Source: an uncultured candidate division Zixibacteria bacterium (lineage in GTDB: Bacteria > Zixibacteria > MSB-5A5 > UBA10806). From it: a DNA stretch of 64,000 bases. The position numbers and the translations under genes were made by a program. The notes beneath the pieces were generated by a model. The model had not been told where the DNA came from. It saw only the letters and a list, made by a program, of their open reading frames with translations, and did no database searches. The stretch lies in the NCBI GenBank assembly GCA_963801605.1, contig CAWDFP010000006.1, positions 1,408,001 through 1,472,000 of the forward strand. The letters run 5' to 3'. This document shows, in pieces, positions 40,866 through 51,718 of this stretch (position 1 is the stretch's first letter; every line of letters begins with the position of its first letter).

Positions 40866-41833
40866 TACGTAATCTTTTATTTTGGTTTTTATTGCCGGGA
40901 ATAGTCCTGGCTGCCGATCAGCAAATTCAATCGCTGATCAATAAAGGCGACTATGAATCAGCCTTTGATCTTCTCCAGGAATCGGCAGATACTTCTGCAG
41001 GAAACGAGGAGACGCTTTATCTTCTTGGCGTAACCGCGCCATCGGGAAAAAGCTCCTCGTCATATTTAAAAGAATATATGCAGAAATTCCCTCAGGGAGC
41101 CCATATAGATACCGTCCGGCGGCAGCTTGCCGACTATTACGCCGCCCAGGGTCTCAATATCACCGCCAGCCGCATGTATCCGGATACCTTAAATAACGCC
41201 GTGAGTTTTAACGAACAATATCAGGTCGGGTTATACCGTCAACAGGCCGGTGAGTATAAATCCGCTATCGATATCTATACCCAAATCCTGACCGGGGCCT
41301 CTGATGGCCTTACCGATTGGGCTCGCCTCGGAATTGCCGACTGTAACCTCCTCTTGGGACGATTCGAATTGGCTATCGATGGCTATAAAGAAATTATCGG
41401 AAGCTCCTCGATTACGGCTCCTTTTGCTCTGTTGGGTATATCCGAGGCTTTTCAGCGCCAGGGAAAACTCGATCGAGCCGAAAGTTATTATCGTACCTAT
41501 AAACAGAATTATCCTGATGCCCCCGGTTCACTGGAACTCGAGACGGCCCTTGCCGAGCAAAAACCGACCGAAAACGAGGCTAAGGTTGCCCAGGCCATTA
41601 AAGCCGGATACTTCATTCAGGTTGGTGTATTTTCTAAAAAAGATAACGCCAAAACCTGTCTTCGAAAATTCAAAACTATGAAATTCCAGGCCAGGATTGA
41701 AAACTTCGACGAGGATGGTCAGCGCTATTATAGAGTTATTTTGGGGCCTTATGTTGACGAGATATCCGCTCGCAAAACCAAAGCCGAATTGGAAAAATCG
41801 CAGGGCGAGGAATTTCTAATCTTTGTTGAATAG
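40862..41833 (+). CDS. TPR + SPOR domain protein
   Basis: TPR helices; YFIQVGVFSKKDNA...YRVILGPY. Confidence 0.85.
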   Translation: MIRNLLFWFLLPGIVLAADQQIQSLINKGDYESAFDLLQESADTSAGNEETLYLLGVTAPSGKSSSSYLKEYMQKFPQGAHIDTVRRQLADYYAAQGLNITASRMYPDTLNNAVSFNEQYQVGLYRQQAGEYKSAIDIYTQILTGASDGLTDWARLGIADCNLLLGRFELAIDGYKEIIGSSSITAPFALLGISEAFQRQGKLDRAESYYRTYKQNYPDAPGSLELETALAEQKPTENEAKVAQAIKAGYFIQVGVFSKKDNAKTCLRKFKTMKFQARIENFDEDGQRYYRVILGPYVDEISARKTKAELEKSQGEEFLIFVE

Positions 41834-41939
41834 CGGGGGCGTTTCTTCAGACCGCTAATACTTTAGTTAAGTTTTCGGCAATATTGACATACGCAGCCCA
41901 ATGGCCGCCCCAAAATTGATTATAATATTTGATTAAATT

Positions 41940-44552
41940 ATGAAATCTCCCGAAAAACTCACTCCGCTTCTCAAACAATATTACGCCATAAAAAAGCAGC
42001 ATCCGGGACGACTCCTGCTTTTTCGCATGGGTGATTTTTATGAGTTGTTTGGAGATGATGCTGTCACCGCCTCATCTATTCTCGGGATCGCTCTTACTTC
42101 CCGCGCTCATGGTGAATCCGGCAAACTGCCCCTGGCAGGCGTGCCCTATCATACTCTCAACCGTTATCTGACCAAGCTTCTGCAGGCCGGATTCAAAGTT
42201 GCCGTTTGCGATCAGGTGGAAGATCCTAAGCAGGCTAAGGGGATTGTCAAACGCGAGGTAACCGAGGTTTTTACTCCTGGCAGCATCACTCTCGATGGCG
42301 CTCTCGATGCTGACAAACCAAACTATCTGGCTGGGATCAATATTAAAGATGATATCATCGGCCTGTCCCTCATGGATATCACTACCGGCCGCTTTATTAT
42401 CGACGAATTTCCTCTAAGCTCTCTGGCCGATAACCTCTCCTTTCATCATCCATCCGAGATAATCATCGCGGAGTGCTTCCGATCTTCCCTTTCGCAAATT
42501 ATTGCCTCGGCCGTACCCCAGGCGACCGTCACTCCTATCGATGATTACAGATTTGATTTTTCACTCGCTTACGGCGATCTCCTCACTCATTTCAAAACTC
42601 CCAGTCTTGACGGTTTCGGCCTGGGAACTCTGGGACCATCCATTGGAGCCGCCGGTGCTGTTTTGGCATATATCAAGGATTTGAAAGCGGGGAAAGTCGG
42701 ACAAATCACCCGCATCGAGAAGCTTCACAAAGAGCAGTATATGGAGCTTGACTCTGCCACCATCAAAAATCTCGAACTGGTGGAAACTCCTTATGAGGGA
42801 CGGAAAAATTCGCTTCTTTCCGTAATTGATCGAACCCAAAGCCCCGGAGGAGGCAGGCTTCTGCGAAATTGGCTGTTATCGCCTTTGACAATGCTTGAAC
42901 TTATCGAGGCTCGTCAGAAAGCGGTGATAGCCTTGCGCCAATCGAGCGGACCTCGAAAGGAAATTGCATCATCATTGCAGGGAATGCCCGATTTAGAACG
43001 CCTCTCATCCAAGGTCTCGATGAAAAAGGCCGGGCCCAGAGATATCGTCTATCTCCGTCACGGCCTTGAAAAAGTAATGGCGATTAAAGAAAGCGCCCAA
43101 AGCCTGGATTCCAAACTTATCAGGGAATCTCTATCGCATGTCGCCGATTTTACCGATTTGACTGACCTTATCGCCAGGGCTATTATCGATGAACCTCCGG
43201 CTACGCTTCAAGATGGCGGTCTTTTCCGACGAGGTTATTGGCCGGACCTGGATAATCTTATCCTGGGCATTGACGATGCCCGCAAATATATCCATGACCT
43301 CCAGAAAATTGAACGCGAGAAAACCGGAATAACCTCGCTTAAAGTTGGTTATAACAGGGTTTTCGGATATTATATCGAGGTTACCAAGCCTCACCTTTCA
43401 AAAGTGCCCGACTATTTTATTCGCAAACAAACCCTGGTCTCAGCCGAAAGATTTATCACCGAGGAACTTAAGACTAAAGAAGAGCTTATTCTAAATGCCG
43501 AAGAAAAAATCAGGACTTTAGAATGCGATCTTTTCTATAAACTTCTGGATCATATCGGCGAATATGTGTCAAAAATCCAGGATGCTGCCCGAGCCATTTC
43601 GACAATCGATGTTCTTTTAAATTTCGTATCACTGGCTGATCAAACCGGATATCTAATCCCCACCCTGAATCAGTCGCTCGAAATAGAGATTCTCGACGGC
43701 CGTCACCCGGTTCTCGAAACGATTTTACCACCCGGTAAATTCGTACCCAATGATATTTTTCTCGATGGCAGTAAAAAGAGGTTTGGAATTATTACCGGTC
43801 CAAATATGGCCGGAAAATCAACCTTCTTGCGCCAGGTGGGCTTATTAACGCTTTTAGCTCAGGTAGGTGCTCCTATCCCGGCGCGAAAAGCCACGATTGG
43901 CATCTGTGATCGCATCTTTACCAGAGTAGGAGCATCCGATGACATTATTCGGGGTCGATCTACATTCATGGTTGAAATGACCGAGGCCGCCGCCATTTTG
44001 AACACTGCTACCGACAGAAGTCTAATACTGCTTGATGAGCTTGGCCGAGGCACGTCCACCTATGATGGTTTAGCCATCGCCTGGTCGTTGGTTGAGTATC
44101 TCACTAATGTTCGAGGCAAACAGGCCCGCACTCTTTTTGCCACTCATTACCATGAGCTGATTGAACTTGGCGAGAATGGTAATGCCGTGTTCAATCTTCA
44201 AGTGGGTGTCAAACAATGGCAGGACACGATTGTTTTCCTATATAAAATTCTGCCCGGCGGTTGCGACGATTCCTATGGTATCCAGGTGGCTCGATTGGCT
44301 GGGTTGCCTGAACGGATGCTCGACCGCGCACGGGAAATCCTTTCGCGGCTGGAATCTGAGGATATAGCCGGAAAGGGCAGGGGCGCAACCGGCTCGGCCA
44401 CGGCCTTTCAGATTTCGCTTTTTTCGCCTGAGGAAGATAAACTCAAAAAAATAATAGATAATATCGATCCTGAGAAGTTGACACCGTTGGAATCTTTGAA
44501 TATAATAGCACAGCTTAAACGAATTGCGGGGGAGCAGAAAGACAAGGTATGA
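41940..44552 (+). CDS. mutS: DNA mismatch repair protein MutS
   Basis: FRMGDFYELF, TGPNMAGKST, STFMVEM, DELGRGT, FATHYHEL, SYGIQVA. Confidence 0.98.
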   Translation: MKSPEKLTPLLKQYYAIKKQHPGRLLLFRMGDFYELFGDDAVTASSILGIALTSRAHGESGKLPLAGVPYHTLNRYLTKLLQAGFKVAVCDQVEDPKQAKGIVKREVTEVFTPGSITLDGALDADKPNYLAGINIKDDIIGLSLMDITTGRFIIDEFPLSSLADNLSFHHPSEIIIAECFRSSLSQIIASAVPQATVTPIDDYRFDFSLAYGDLLTHFKTPSLDGFGLGTLGPSIGAAGAVLAYIKDLKAGKVGQITRIEKLHKEQYMELDSATIKNLELVETPYEGRKNSLLSVIDRTQSPGGGRLLRNWLLSPLTMLELIEARQKAVIALRQSSGPRKEIASSLQGMPDLERLSSKVSMKKAGPRDIVYLRHGLEKVMAIKESAQSLDSKLIRESLSHVADFTDLTDLIARAIIDEPPATLQDGGLFRRGYWPDLDNLILGIDDARKYIHDLQKIEREKTGITSLKVGYNRVFGYYIEVTKPHLSKVPDYFIRKQTLVSAERFITEELKTKEELILNAEEKIRTLECDLFYKLLDHIGEYVSKIQDAARAISTIDVLLNFVSLADQTGYLIPTLNQSLEIEILDGRHPVLETILPPGKFVPNDIFLDGSKKRFGIITGPNMAGKSTFLRQVGLLTLLAQVGAPIPARKATIGICDRIFTRVGASDDIIRGRSTFMVEMTEAAAILNTATDRSLILLDELGRGTSTYDGLAIAWSLVEYLTNVRGKQARTLFATHYHELIELGENGNAVFNLQVGVKQWQDTIVFLYKILPGGCDDSYGIQVARLAGLPERMLDRAREILSRLESEDIAGKGRGATGSATAFQISLFSPEEDKLKKIIDNIDPEKLTPLESLNIIAQLKRIAGEQKDKV

Positions 44553-46042
44553 TTCCAAGGCTGCTGCTTGCAGTATTAATTTCTCTCCCGACGGCCCTGT
44601 ATTCCGCCAGTTCTGAATCCGTACTTAATCAAAATCCCATATTATTACTATATAATCAAAATGATTTACCTGCCGGATTAACGCCAATCTATTCGGATAA
44701 TGGAATCATGTTGGTTTTCGGGGACACGGCTATTTATAAAACCGGGCAGCCTTTGCTAACCGCTGAACGCGGAGATTATTATTTACTGCGTCTTTATTCG
44801 CCTGATGCTTTAGCGCCTTTCGCTGATAATCTATCATTTATTATCTTGGGCAAAACCGCAGTAATAAGGGCAACTCCTGAAAAGGCCGAGGCCTTATCAA
44901 ATTATGGATGGGGCTTAACGAAACTAAACGAGACTATGGTAACTGCCACACCTGGCGAAACTCCTACATTTCCCAGTATAGCCGTCGCCGATAGCAATAT
45001 TTCAAATTTGGTTTCAATTATTACCCCGGAATCATCACGAAGATTAATTGCTGATCTTTCAGCGATTCCAACCAGACATTCGAATTATCCGGGATGCCGT
45101 CAAGCCGAACAATATATTTACAATAAATTTGATAGCTTGAATTTATCGACGTCATTTTTTACTTTCCAATATAATAATATCGATATGCGTGACGTGATTG
45201 GCCAGTTGAATGGAATTGTACATCCCGAATCGGTAATTATCGTGTGTGCGCATCTTGATTGCACCAGCGAGACTCCGTCTCAGCGAGCTCCTGGTGCCGA
45301 GGACAACGGTACTGGGGTTGCGGTAGTTCTTGAGGCCGCCCGTGTCTTAAGTCAATGTCAAACCGATTTAAGCGTACGTTTTATTACTTTTAGTGGTGAG
45401 GAACAGGGGTTGATCGGCTCTGACCGTTATGCCTCGTATGTTCAGGAGCAGGGGCAAAATATCGCAGCGGTAATAAATATCGATATGGTGGGTTACAGCG
45501 GCTTATACGCTCAGGATATGCATGTCTTTTCTGATCAAAATTCTTATGCGCTTGGAGCCTTAGGAACCCAGATTCTGGCATCTTATACGTCGCTTGATAC
45601 GGTGCCTCATTATAATCCGGCGCCGGAGTATGGTTCGGACCATTATCCGTTTGCGACCAGGGGATATCCATCGATGTTCTTTATTGATGCTTGGCAGGGT
45701 TTCGACTGGTATCCATACTATCATACAGTTGCGGATACTGTGGGAAATCTGAATATGATTCAGCAGTCAGCAATCGGACGAGCTGTCGCTGCGATGACGA
45801 TAACGCTTGCCGGGATAAATGCCGGTCCTGCATTTTTACCCGGCGATGCCAACGGCACCGGTGATGTGAACGGCTTGGATGTTGTTTATTTGATTAATTA
45901 TCTTAAAAGCCTCGGACCCGCTCCAGATCCCCTTTTACGGGGTGATTCTAATGGCGATTGTGTTACAAATGGCCTTGATGTGGTCTACTTAGTGAGCTAT
46001 CTAAAAGGCGGCCCCCGCCCCATTTCCGGCAACTGCCAGTAG
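44549..46042 (+). CDS. M28 aminopeptidase with C-terminal dockerin-like domain
   Basis: AHLD, GAEDNGTG, GEEQGL, SDH, YYHT; two GDxNG.G..NGLDVVYL repeats. Confidence 0.88.
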   Translation: MIPRLLLAVLISLPTALYSASSESVLNQNPILLLYNQNDLPAGLTPIYSDNGIMLVFGDTAIYKTGQPLLTAERGDYYLLRLYSPDALAPFADNLSFIILGKTAVIRATPEKAEALSNYGWGLTKLNETMVTATPGETPTFPSIAVADSNISNLVSIITPESSRRLIADLSAIPTRHSNYPGCRQAEQYIYNKFDSLNLSTSFFTFQYNNIDMRDVIGQLNGIVHPESVIIVCAHLDCTSETPSQRAPGAEDNGTGVAVVLEAARVLSQCQTDLSVRFITFSGEEQGLIGSDRYASYVQEQGQNIAAVINIDMVGYSGLYAQDMHVFSDQNSYALGALGTQILASYTSLDTVPHYNPAPEYGSDHYPFATRGYPSMFFIDAWQGFDWYPYYHTVADTVGNLNMIQQSAIGRAVAAMTITLAGINAGPAFLPGDANGTGDVNGLDVVYLINYLKSLGPAPDPLLRGDSNGDCVTNGLDVVYLVSYLKGGPRPISGNCQ

Positions 46043-46218
46043 CAAAACAAAAATATATTTCATCAACATAATGTACTCGTGTAGAACAGCATTTTCTACA
46101 CATGCAATAAAAGGCTGATTACAGCTCATTATATTATTAAAATTACTTGACTAATGGGATATTAAATCTTATGGTATATCAAATTTAAATAAATTTGTTG
46201 ATTTTTGCCGGAGGTTAT

Positions 46219-47985
46219 ATGAATTTTATAGCAGCAACTTTAGTATCAATTTCTATAATTTTTTTAGTACCTATATCGGTCGCATTTGGAATAACGTTTA
46301 GTAATGTTACTCATCAGGCTCATTTAGAGAATTTTCCTGTGTGCAGAGCCTCTACTTGGTTAGATTATGACCGAGACGGATATCTTGATTTATTGATTGG
46401 AAGTGAAGTTGGGGCAAATCGACTACACAAAAATCTTGGCGATGGCACCTTCACTAATGTGACTGCTCAAGCTCACATTCCGCAAAGATCGGGGATATGG
46501 GGAGTGAATTTTGCGGATATAGATAATGATTGGTTTCAAGAAATTTATTTATCCGCTAGAGCTCCCGATACATTTAGCGCGGGGAGGAATATTCTACTTT
46601 ATAATTCCGGGCGGGGGAATTTTATTGATATCTCAGATTCTTCCTACACTAATGTTCCTGGTGGAGGAGTTGCTGCTTGTTTTGCGCCGTTTTCAAAAGG
46701 CCCATATTTGGATATTTTTGTTCCGAATCAATATTATCCAAATCAAGAGTATCCTTTTTTTTTAAGAAACAATGGGGATGCAACATTTTCTGATAGGACT
46801 GCTATGGTAGGTTTATTCCTCAGGGACTGGTGGGATATTCCTATCGCTTTTGATTATGATAACGATAATAGACTTGAACTTTTTTGTACCAAAGACTTTC
46901 ATGGTAATAGTATGTATGATCAACCTTATGGGACAGCATTTGTTGATATTACTGATAGCCTTAACATACAGACTCCATGTGGATATGGTGCAACTGTAGG
47001 TGATATTAACAATGATGGATGGTTTGATTTATATATTACGAACTGGCACGAATTTGATGATAATCTCTTTCTTTTTGATACCCTAAGCCATCATTATATC
47101 GATGTAACGGAAGATTGGGATGTTCCGGGTGGGTCATGGACATCGGCGGCTCATTTTGCGGATTTTGATAACGATGGGTGGCTTGATCTTTTTATTACGG
47201 GTGCGGGTGTTGGAAATAGATATTACCATAATACTAATGGAATTGGTTTTAATGATCAAACTGACGAAGTAGGCTTAATTAATTTTGGTTACAATTGGGG
47301 GGCAAGTATCGCGGATTATAATAATGATGGCTTTTTAGATATATTTGTCCCCGAATACTATCAGGGGAGCGGCGGGGAATTATATCGTAATAACGGTAAC
47401 AATAATAATTGGGTTAAATTTGAGCTCGAAGGGCGATATTCCAATAGAGATGCTATTGGGGCGAGGCTAATCTTAGAAGCATCTACTTTTACTCAAACAA
47501 GACAAGTTATTGCTGGTTCAGGATTTGGTTCTCAAAACACTTTGGTTCAACATTTTGGTTTGGGACAAGACAGCATTATTGGTAAATTAACCATTTTTTG
47601 GCCAAACAGGGGATTTGATATATTTGAAAGCTTAGGAGTTAATACATATTATCATGTGATAGAAGGCGAAGCATTATCCAACGACGATAATACAACGAAT
47701 CTCCCGATTGAATTTAATTTCACAAAATTATTTCCAAATCCATTTAATAATCAAACACAAATAGAATTATTGGTTAGTCGGGAGGGCGAACTGATTGTCG
47801 AAATATTCGATATACTTGGAAGAAAAGTAAAAACTCTAATATCAGGCAATGTACCTTCGGGGACTATCACATTAATATGGGACGGTAAAGATCAAACCGG
47901 GGTTGGAGTAAACTCCGGAATATATATATGCCGTGCTGCAAATTGTATGCATTCTAATTACCGCAAAATGGTATTATTGAAGTAG
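46219..47985 (+). CDS. FG-GAP/ASPIC-UnbV (CRTAC1-like) secreted protein with FlgD-Ig/T9SS-like tail
   Basis: DxDNDGxxD repeats, SNRDAIGAR, HFGLG, FPNPFN...WDG. Confidence 0.85.
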   Translation: MNFIAATLVSISIIFLVPISVAFGITFSNVTHQAHLENFPVCRASTWLDYDRDGYLDLLIGSEVGANRLHKNLGDGTFTNVTAQAHIPQRSGIWGVNFADIDNDWFQEIYLSARAPDTFSAGRNILLYNSGRGNFIDISDSSYTNVPGGGVAACFAPFSKGPYLDIFVPNQYYPNQEYPFFLRNNGDATFSDRTAMVGLFLRDWWDIPIAFDYDNDNRLELFCTKDFHGNSMYDQPYGTAFVDITDSLNIQTPCGYGATVGDINNDGWFDLYITNWHEFDDNLFLFDTLSHHYIDVTEDWDVPGGSWTSAAHFADFDNDGWLDLFITGAGVGNRYYHNTNGIGFNDQTDEVGLINFGYNWGASIADYNNDGFLDIFVPEYYQGSGGELYRNNGNNNNWVKFELEGRYSNRDAIGARLILEASTFTQTRQVIAGSGFGSQNTLVQHFGLGQDSIIGKLTIFWPNRGFDIFESLGVNTYYHVIEGEALSNDDNTTNLPIEFNFTKLFPNPFNNQTQIELLVSREGELIVEIFDILGRKVKTLISGNVPSGTITLIWDGKDQTGVGVNSGIYICRAANCMHSNYRKMVLLK

Positions 47986-48663
47986 TTTTCGATTAAATCT
48001 TATAGCGATTTACTTATAATATTTTAATATACGAGCTATTTCCGAAAGGAGTTAATTATTTCGGTTGATTATAGGCATTATCAAGTATTTATAGAATATA
48101 GGGCACTAAAAGCAGCCCAATAGAGCATTCCATATTAAATAATTCCAATCTTGAAAAGGCAAATGTACTTAGGCTAATTCGAATAGTGGAGCGAAGCACA
48201 TATTTAGCCTATTATCATCAAGATTCCATATTAGGGCCGCTGCCTAAGCCCATAAATAATTATAATTTATCGTTAAGATTCAATTTAGTATCCCATCCCC
48301 GCCCCCAGATTATCCCAATCCCTCTTGACAACCACAAGATAATCAACAACATAGCAATCATGATGAAAATGTTTGTTCTGCGCCATAGTGCGAAGTTTGG
48401 TATACTCATTATCTACGGCCTTAATCCCCGTTGACCATTACGCCTTATTCCTCATATTTAGCGCAAGTCAATGATGCGATACCAAAATAAATTAAATTAA
48501 TCGTTTGATTTGAAAATGTATGACAGCAAAAAATGAAAACCTTAAATTTGATTGTAACTATTACACCTAGTGTTTATTTCAGAATTAATAAAATCACTAG
48601 CATTTTTTAATTATTAAAAACCAGATTTTACAAATGATTTCAAATATTAAAACGGGAGTTGCC

Positions 48664-49197
48664 ATGACCAAACAAACAGAATCCAGCTTCAAAGAGAAAG
48701 CCCTGCCGCATTTGGACGCAATGTGGAATACGGCCCTGTGGTTTGCGGAAAATGATATCGGCGCCGAAAGTCTGGTCGAGGATGCCTATCTCGAGGCATA
48801 TCGGAAATGGGACGATTCGGTTACCGTAGCGGGTGCAAAAACCTGGATGTTTAAATTTCTGGTGAGACTGGTACTCGAACGAAGCAGAATGATTTCGAGA
48901 AAATCGTTTCCACAAAATCTTGATAATGTTTTAATGTCCCTTTTGCCCGACGAGACACTTCAAATTAACAATATTCCTAAAGAAGTCATCGCCGATGCCA
49001 TTAAAAATCTGCCAGTGGCGATCCGCCTGATGATGGTACTCTCGATTTTCGAAAAATTTACTTACAGCCAAATTTCCGAAAGCACCGGGATTCAGAAAGA
49101 CATCGTCAGCGCCAAAATTTATCAGGGTTACACCCTTATTCGTAAAACAATTTTTAATTATTGCACTGCTCAACATGCCGGACTGCAAACCTGTTAA
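48664..49197 (+). CDS. Divergent ECF sigma-70-like protein (copy 2)
   Basis: ALPHLDAM..TAL, AESLVEDAYLEA, AIKNLP..IRL..VL...EKFTY. Confidence 0.8.
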   Translation: MTKQTESSFKEKALPHLDAMWNTALWFAENDIGAESLVEDAYLEAYRKWDDSVTVAGAKTWMFKFLVRLVLERSRMISRKSFPQNLDNVLMSLLPDETLQINNIPKEVIADAIKNLPVAIRLMMVLSIFEKFTYSQISESTGIQKDIVSAKIYQGYTLIRKTIFNYCTAQHAGLQTC

Positions 49198-49229
49198 AAA
49201 TAAATAATAGGTCTGATGGGGGGGAGAAA

Positions 49230-49637
49230 ATGACACAATACATTGAACTCGAAAGGCTTCGACCAAACAACTGGTTCCTTGATAGAACGAAACTCAACCG
49301 CATTAGGGATGCTTGGAGTCAGGGAAACCAACGCCTGTTACCGGCTGTCCTGGTAACTATCATAGATGGCGAATATAGCCTCATAGATGGGCATTGCCGC
49401 GCATTTGTAGCCTTTGAAAACGGTTCTTGGGGGATTTTGGCCGAGATAGCCGAGGCCGATCAGGTAACCCATAATATTAATCTGCTTACAATTTTCCATC
49501 GCCAGGGGCCATTCATAGGTGTGAAATGCATTCAGGATCTCGGCAAAAGGATAATTGATTCCATAAGTGTCGAGAAGCCAACTCCAAAAATTCAGGATCG
49601 CTTGAAGCAACTCGCGTTGGTTGCTGTTAATTTATAA
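49230..49637 (+). CDS. ParB/sulfiredoxin-fold small protein (copy 2)
   Basis: LRPN, PAVLV, LIDGHCRAFVA. Confidence 0.75.
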   Translation: MTQYIELERLRPNNWFLDRTKLNRIRDAWSQGNQRLLPAVLVTIIDGEYSLIDGHCRAFVAFENGSWGILAEIAEADQVTHNINLLTIFHRQGPFIGVKCIQDLGKRIIDSISVEKPTPKIQDRLKQLALVAVNL

Positions 49638-49732
49638 AATTATAATAATCGTATGAATTTATATTAGAATATTTTGCTTGAAATTTATTAAATTCCATGA
49701 TAAGGTCTTCTCGAATGCTTCAAGGAGGAGGT

Positions 49733-50128
49733 ATGAATTCAATTTTGGTGGTGGAAGACGAAGCCAATCTTCGTGATCTATATGTTGATGAACTAAAAGA
49801 TGCTGGATACCATGTAAGGTCAACTGCATCCGGCAAGGAGGCCCTCGACTGGGTTAAGAGAGAACGCCCTCAATTAGTCGTTCTGGATATTATGTTGCCG
49901 GATATTAATGGCTTACGGGTCCTGGAAGAAGTTAAGGCTTACGATAAATCAATTCCAGTGCTGCTGAACTCCGCCTATAGCGTTTACAAATCCGATTTTT
50001 CGAGCTGGATGGCTGATGATTACGTCGTAAAATCATCCGATACCAGCGAGCTTATTGATAAAGTCAGATTTCTAGCGAAAGGCAAAAATCCCGATTACGT
50101 TAAATCTTGTCTCAAATCAAATTATTAA
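49733..50128 (+). CDS. Single-domain response regulator
   Basis: VVEDE, LDIMLPDING, SAY, YVVKS. Confidence 0.9.
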   Translation: MNSILVVEDEANLRDLYVDELKDAGYHVRSTASGKEALDWVKRERPQLVVLDIMLPDINGLRVLEEVKAYDKSIPVLLNSAYSVYKSDFSSWMADDYVVKSSDTSELIDKVRFLAKGKNPDYVKSCLKSNY

Positions 50129-50550
50129 CCAAAGATTTATTAACTTATTCAATACTAACCGAGGTTTAGATTAGCCGCGGTTATTTTTTTGCGATAATCC
50201 CTTAATTCGATCCTGATTTTTCATTACTTTTACATTTAGCAAAACTCTATTCCCTGATTTATAAATAAAATCTCGATTTTCAGTGATTTTTACGGGAATA
50301 TTGCCAATTTCAATCTGTTTTTAGCTAACATTTTACCGAAAAGCAGGTAATTTTTAGTCTAATATCTTTTCCCCGCGATCTCCAACCTGGTGAAATAATT
50401 ATCATATTGTTTATAATAACTGTTATTATTTGCTTGCAATTGCCGATAATTTATGATAAATGTCATACCGTATACAGGTTATGATGTTTTTGGGAAACGC
50501 GAATTATGAATGAGCAAAATTGACAAATACTTAACTTGAAGGAGGAGTTC

Positions 50551-51549
50551 GTGAATTACAAACTTAGTATCTTAATTGTCATCCTGGCGGCATCGATTCT
50601 CTTAATTGGCGGTTGTTCGGGTGAAAGAGGAGTAAAAGGCGATTCGGGAACCGCCGAATGTATTCAATGCCACAGCGATAATACTACCATCGTTGCTATT
50701 GATGGCCAGTGGCAACATTCTATCCATGCCACCGGCGGAAATTTTGAACGCAATACGCCGCCCTGTTCAGGCTGCCATACCAGCGAGGGTTTCGTTGCCC
50801 TGATCAACACCGGAGATCCTGGCACGCCCGAAAATCCATCGCCGGTTGGCTGCTTTGCCTGTCATGAGCCCCATACCAATAAAAATTTCAATCTAAGAAC
50901 CAGCTCGCCCGTTACCCTTGAAATCAGCGGAGCCGTTTATGATCGTGGTTTGAGCAACCTGTGCGCCAACTGCCATCATGCTCGCACCCTTTCGCCTCCT
51001 CTAACCGGCGGCGAGGTTACAATCACCTCCAATCGCTGGGGCCCGCATCACGGTCCACAGGCCGATATTCTCAGTGGCACCGGCGCATACGTATTTGAGG
51101 GAGCGACCTATCGCAATTCGCCTCATACATCGCAAGTTACCAACGGATGTCCGACTTGTCACATGGCTGCACCTTATGGAACTCAGGCCGGGGGCCATAC
51201 TATGAGCCTGGCCTACGATTCCCACGGCACCACGACGGACCTGGTTGCCGGCTGCAATAACGATGGTTGCCATAGTGGTTTAGCCGATTTCAACGTTGAT
51301 GGTCTCCAGGATTCTGTCGAGACTTACATGGGGAACTTACGTGCCGCTTTGGTATCAGACAGCCTTCTCAGCGACGCGACCGATCTGCCTAACGCTTCAA
51401 GTTCACATCCATTAGTTATGTCCGCGGACCAGGCAGGCGCCCTATACAACTACCTCCTGCTTGAGGCCGACCGTTCCGGCGGCGTTCATAATTCCAAATA
51501 TGTGCTCGATGCCCTAAAAGCGTCAATCGGGGTTTTAGCTACTAAGTAA
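50551..51549 (+). CDS. Multiheme c-type cytochrome lipoprotein
   Basis: Lipobox IGGC; five CxxCH plus one Cx4CH; C-terminal D.SGGVHN. Confidence 0.88.
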   Translation: MNYKLSILIVILAASILLIGGCSGERGVKGDSGTAECIQCHSDNTTIVAIDGQWQHSIHATGGNFERNTPPCSGCHTSEGFVALINTGDPGTPENPSPVGCFACHEPHTNKNFNLRTSSPVTLEISGAVYDRGLSNLCANCHHARTLSPPLTGGEVTITSNRWGPHHGPQADILSGTGAYVFEGATYRNSPHTSQVTNGCPTCHMAAPYGTQAGGHTMSLAYDSHGTTTDLVAGCNNDGCHSGLADFNVDGLQDSVETYMGNLRAALVSDSLLSDATDLPNASSSHPLVMSADQAGALYNYLLLEADRSGGVHNSKYVLDALKASIGVLATK

Positions 51550-51572
51550 TAGAAGCAAACACTTGTTTTAAG

Positions 51573-51606
51573 ATCCCGCCATAATTTGGCGGGATTTTTT
51601 TATTTT
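51573..51606 (+). terminator. Intrinsic terminator
   Basis: ATCCCGCC-ATAATTT-GGCGGGAT-TTTTTT. Confidence 0.85.
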
Positions 51607-51718
51607 AGGTACCAGGATGATTAAAATCGATTCATTTTTTAATTGTAATTTTATAGTTTGGCCACAATAATATTCAAATGCTAAATTTGCCTCATTTTAA
51701 TGACGATAAATTAGTAGT

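Noticed and set aside
48186..48434. 82-aa ORF in AT-rich spacer
   Set aside because: No RBS or recognisable motif; overlaps promoter-like sequence
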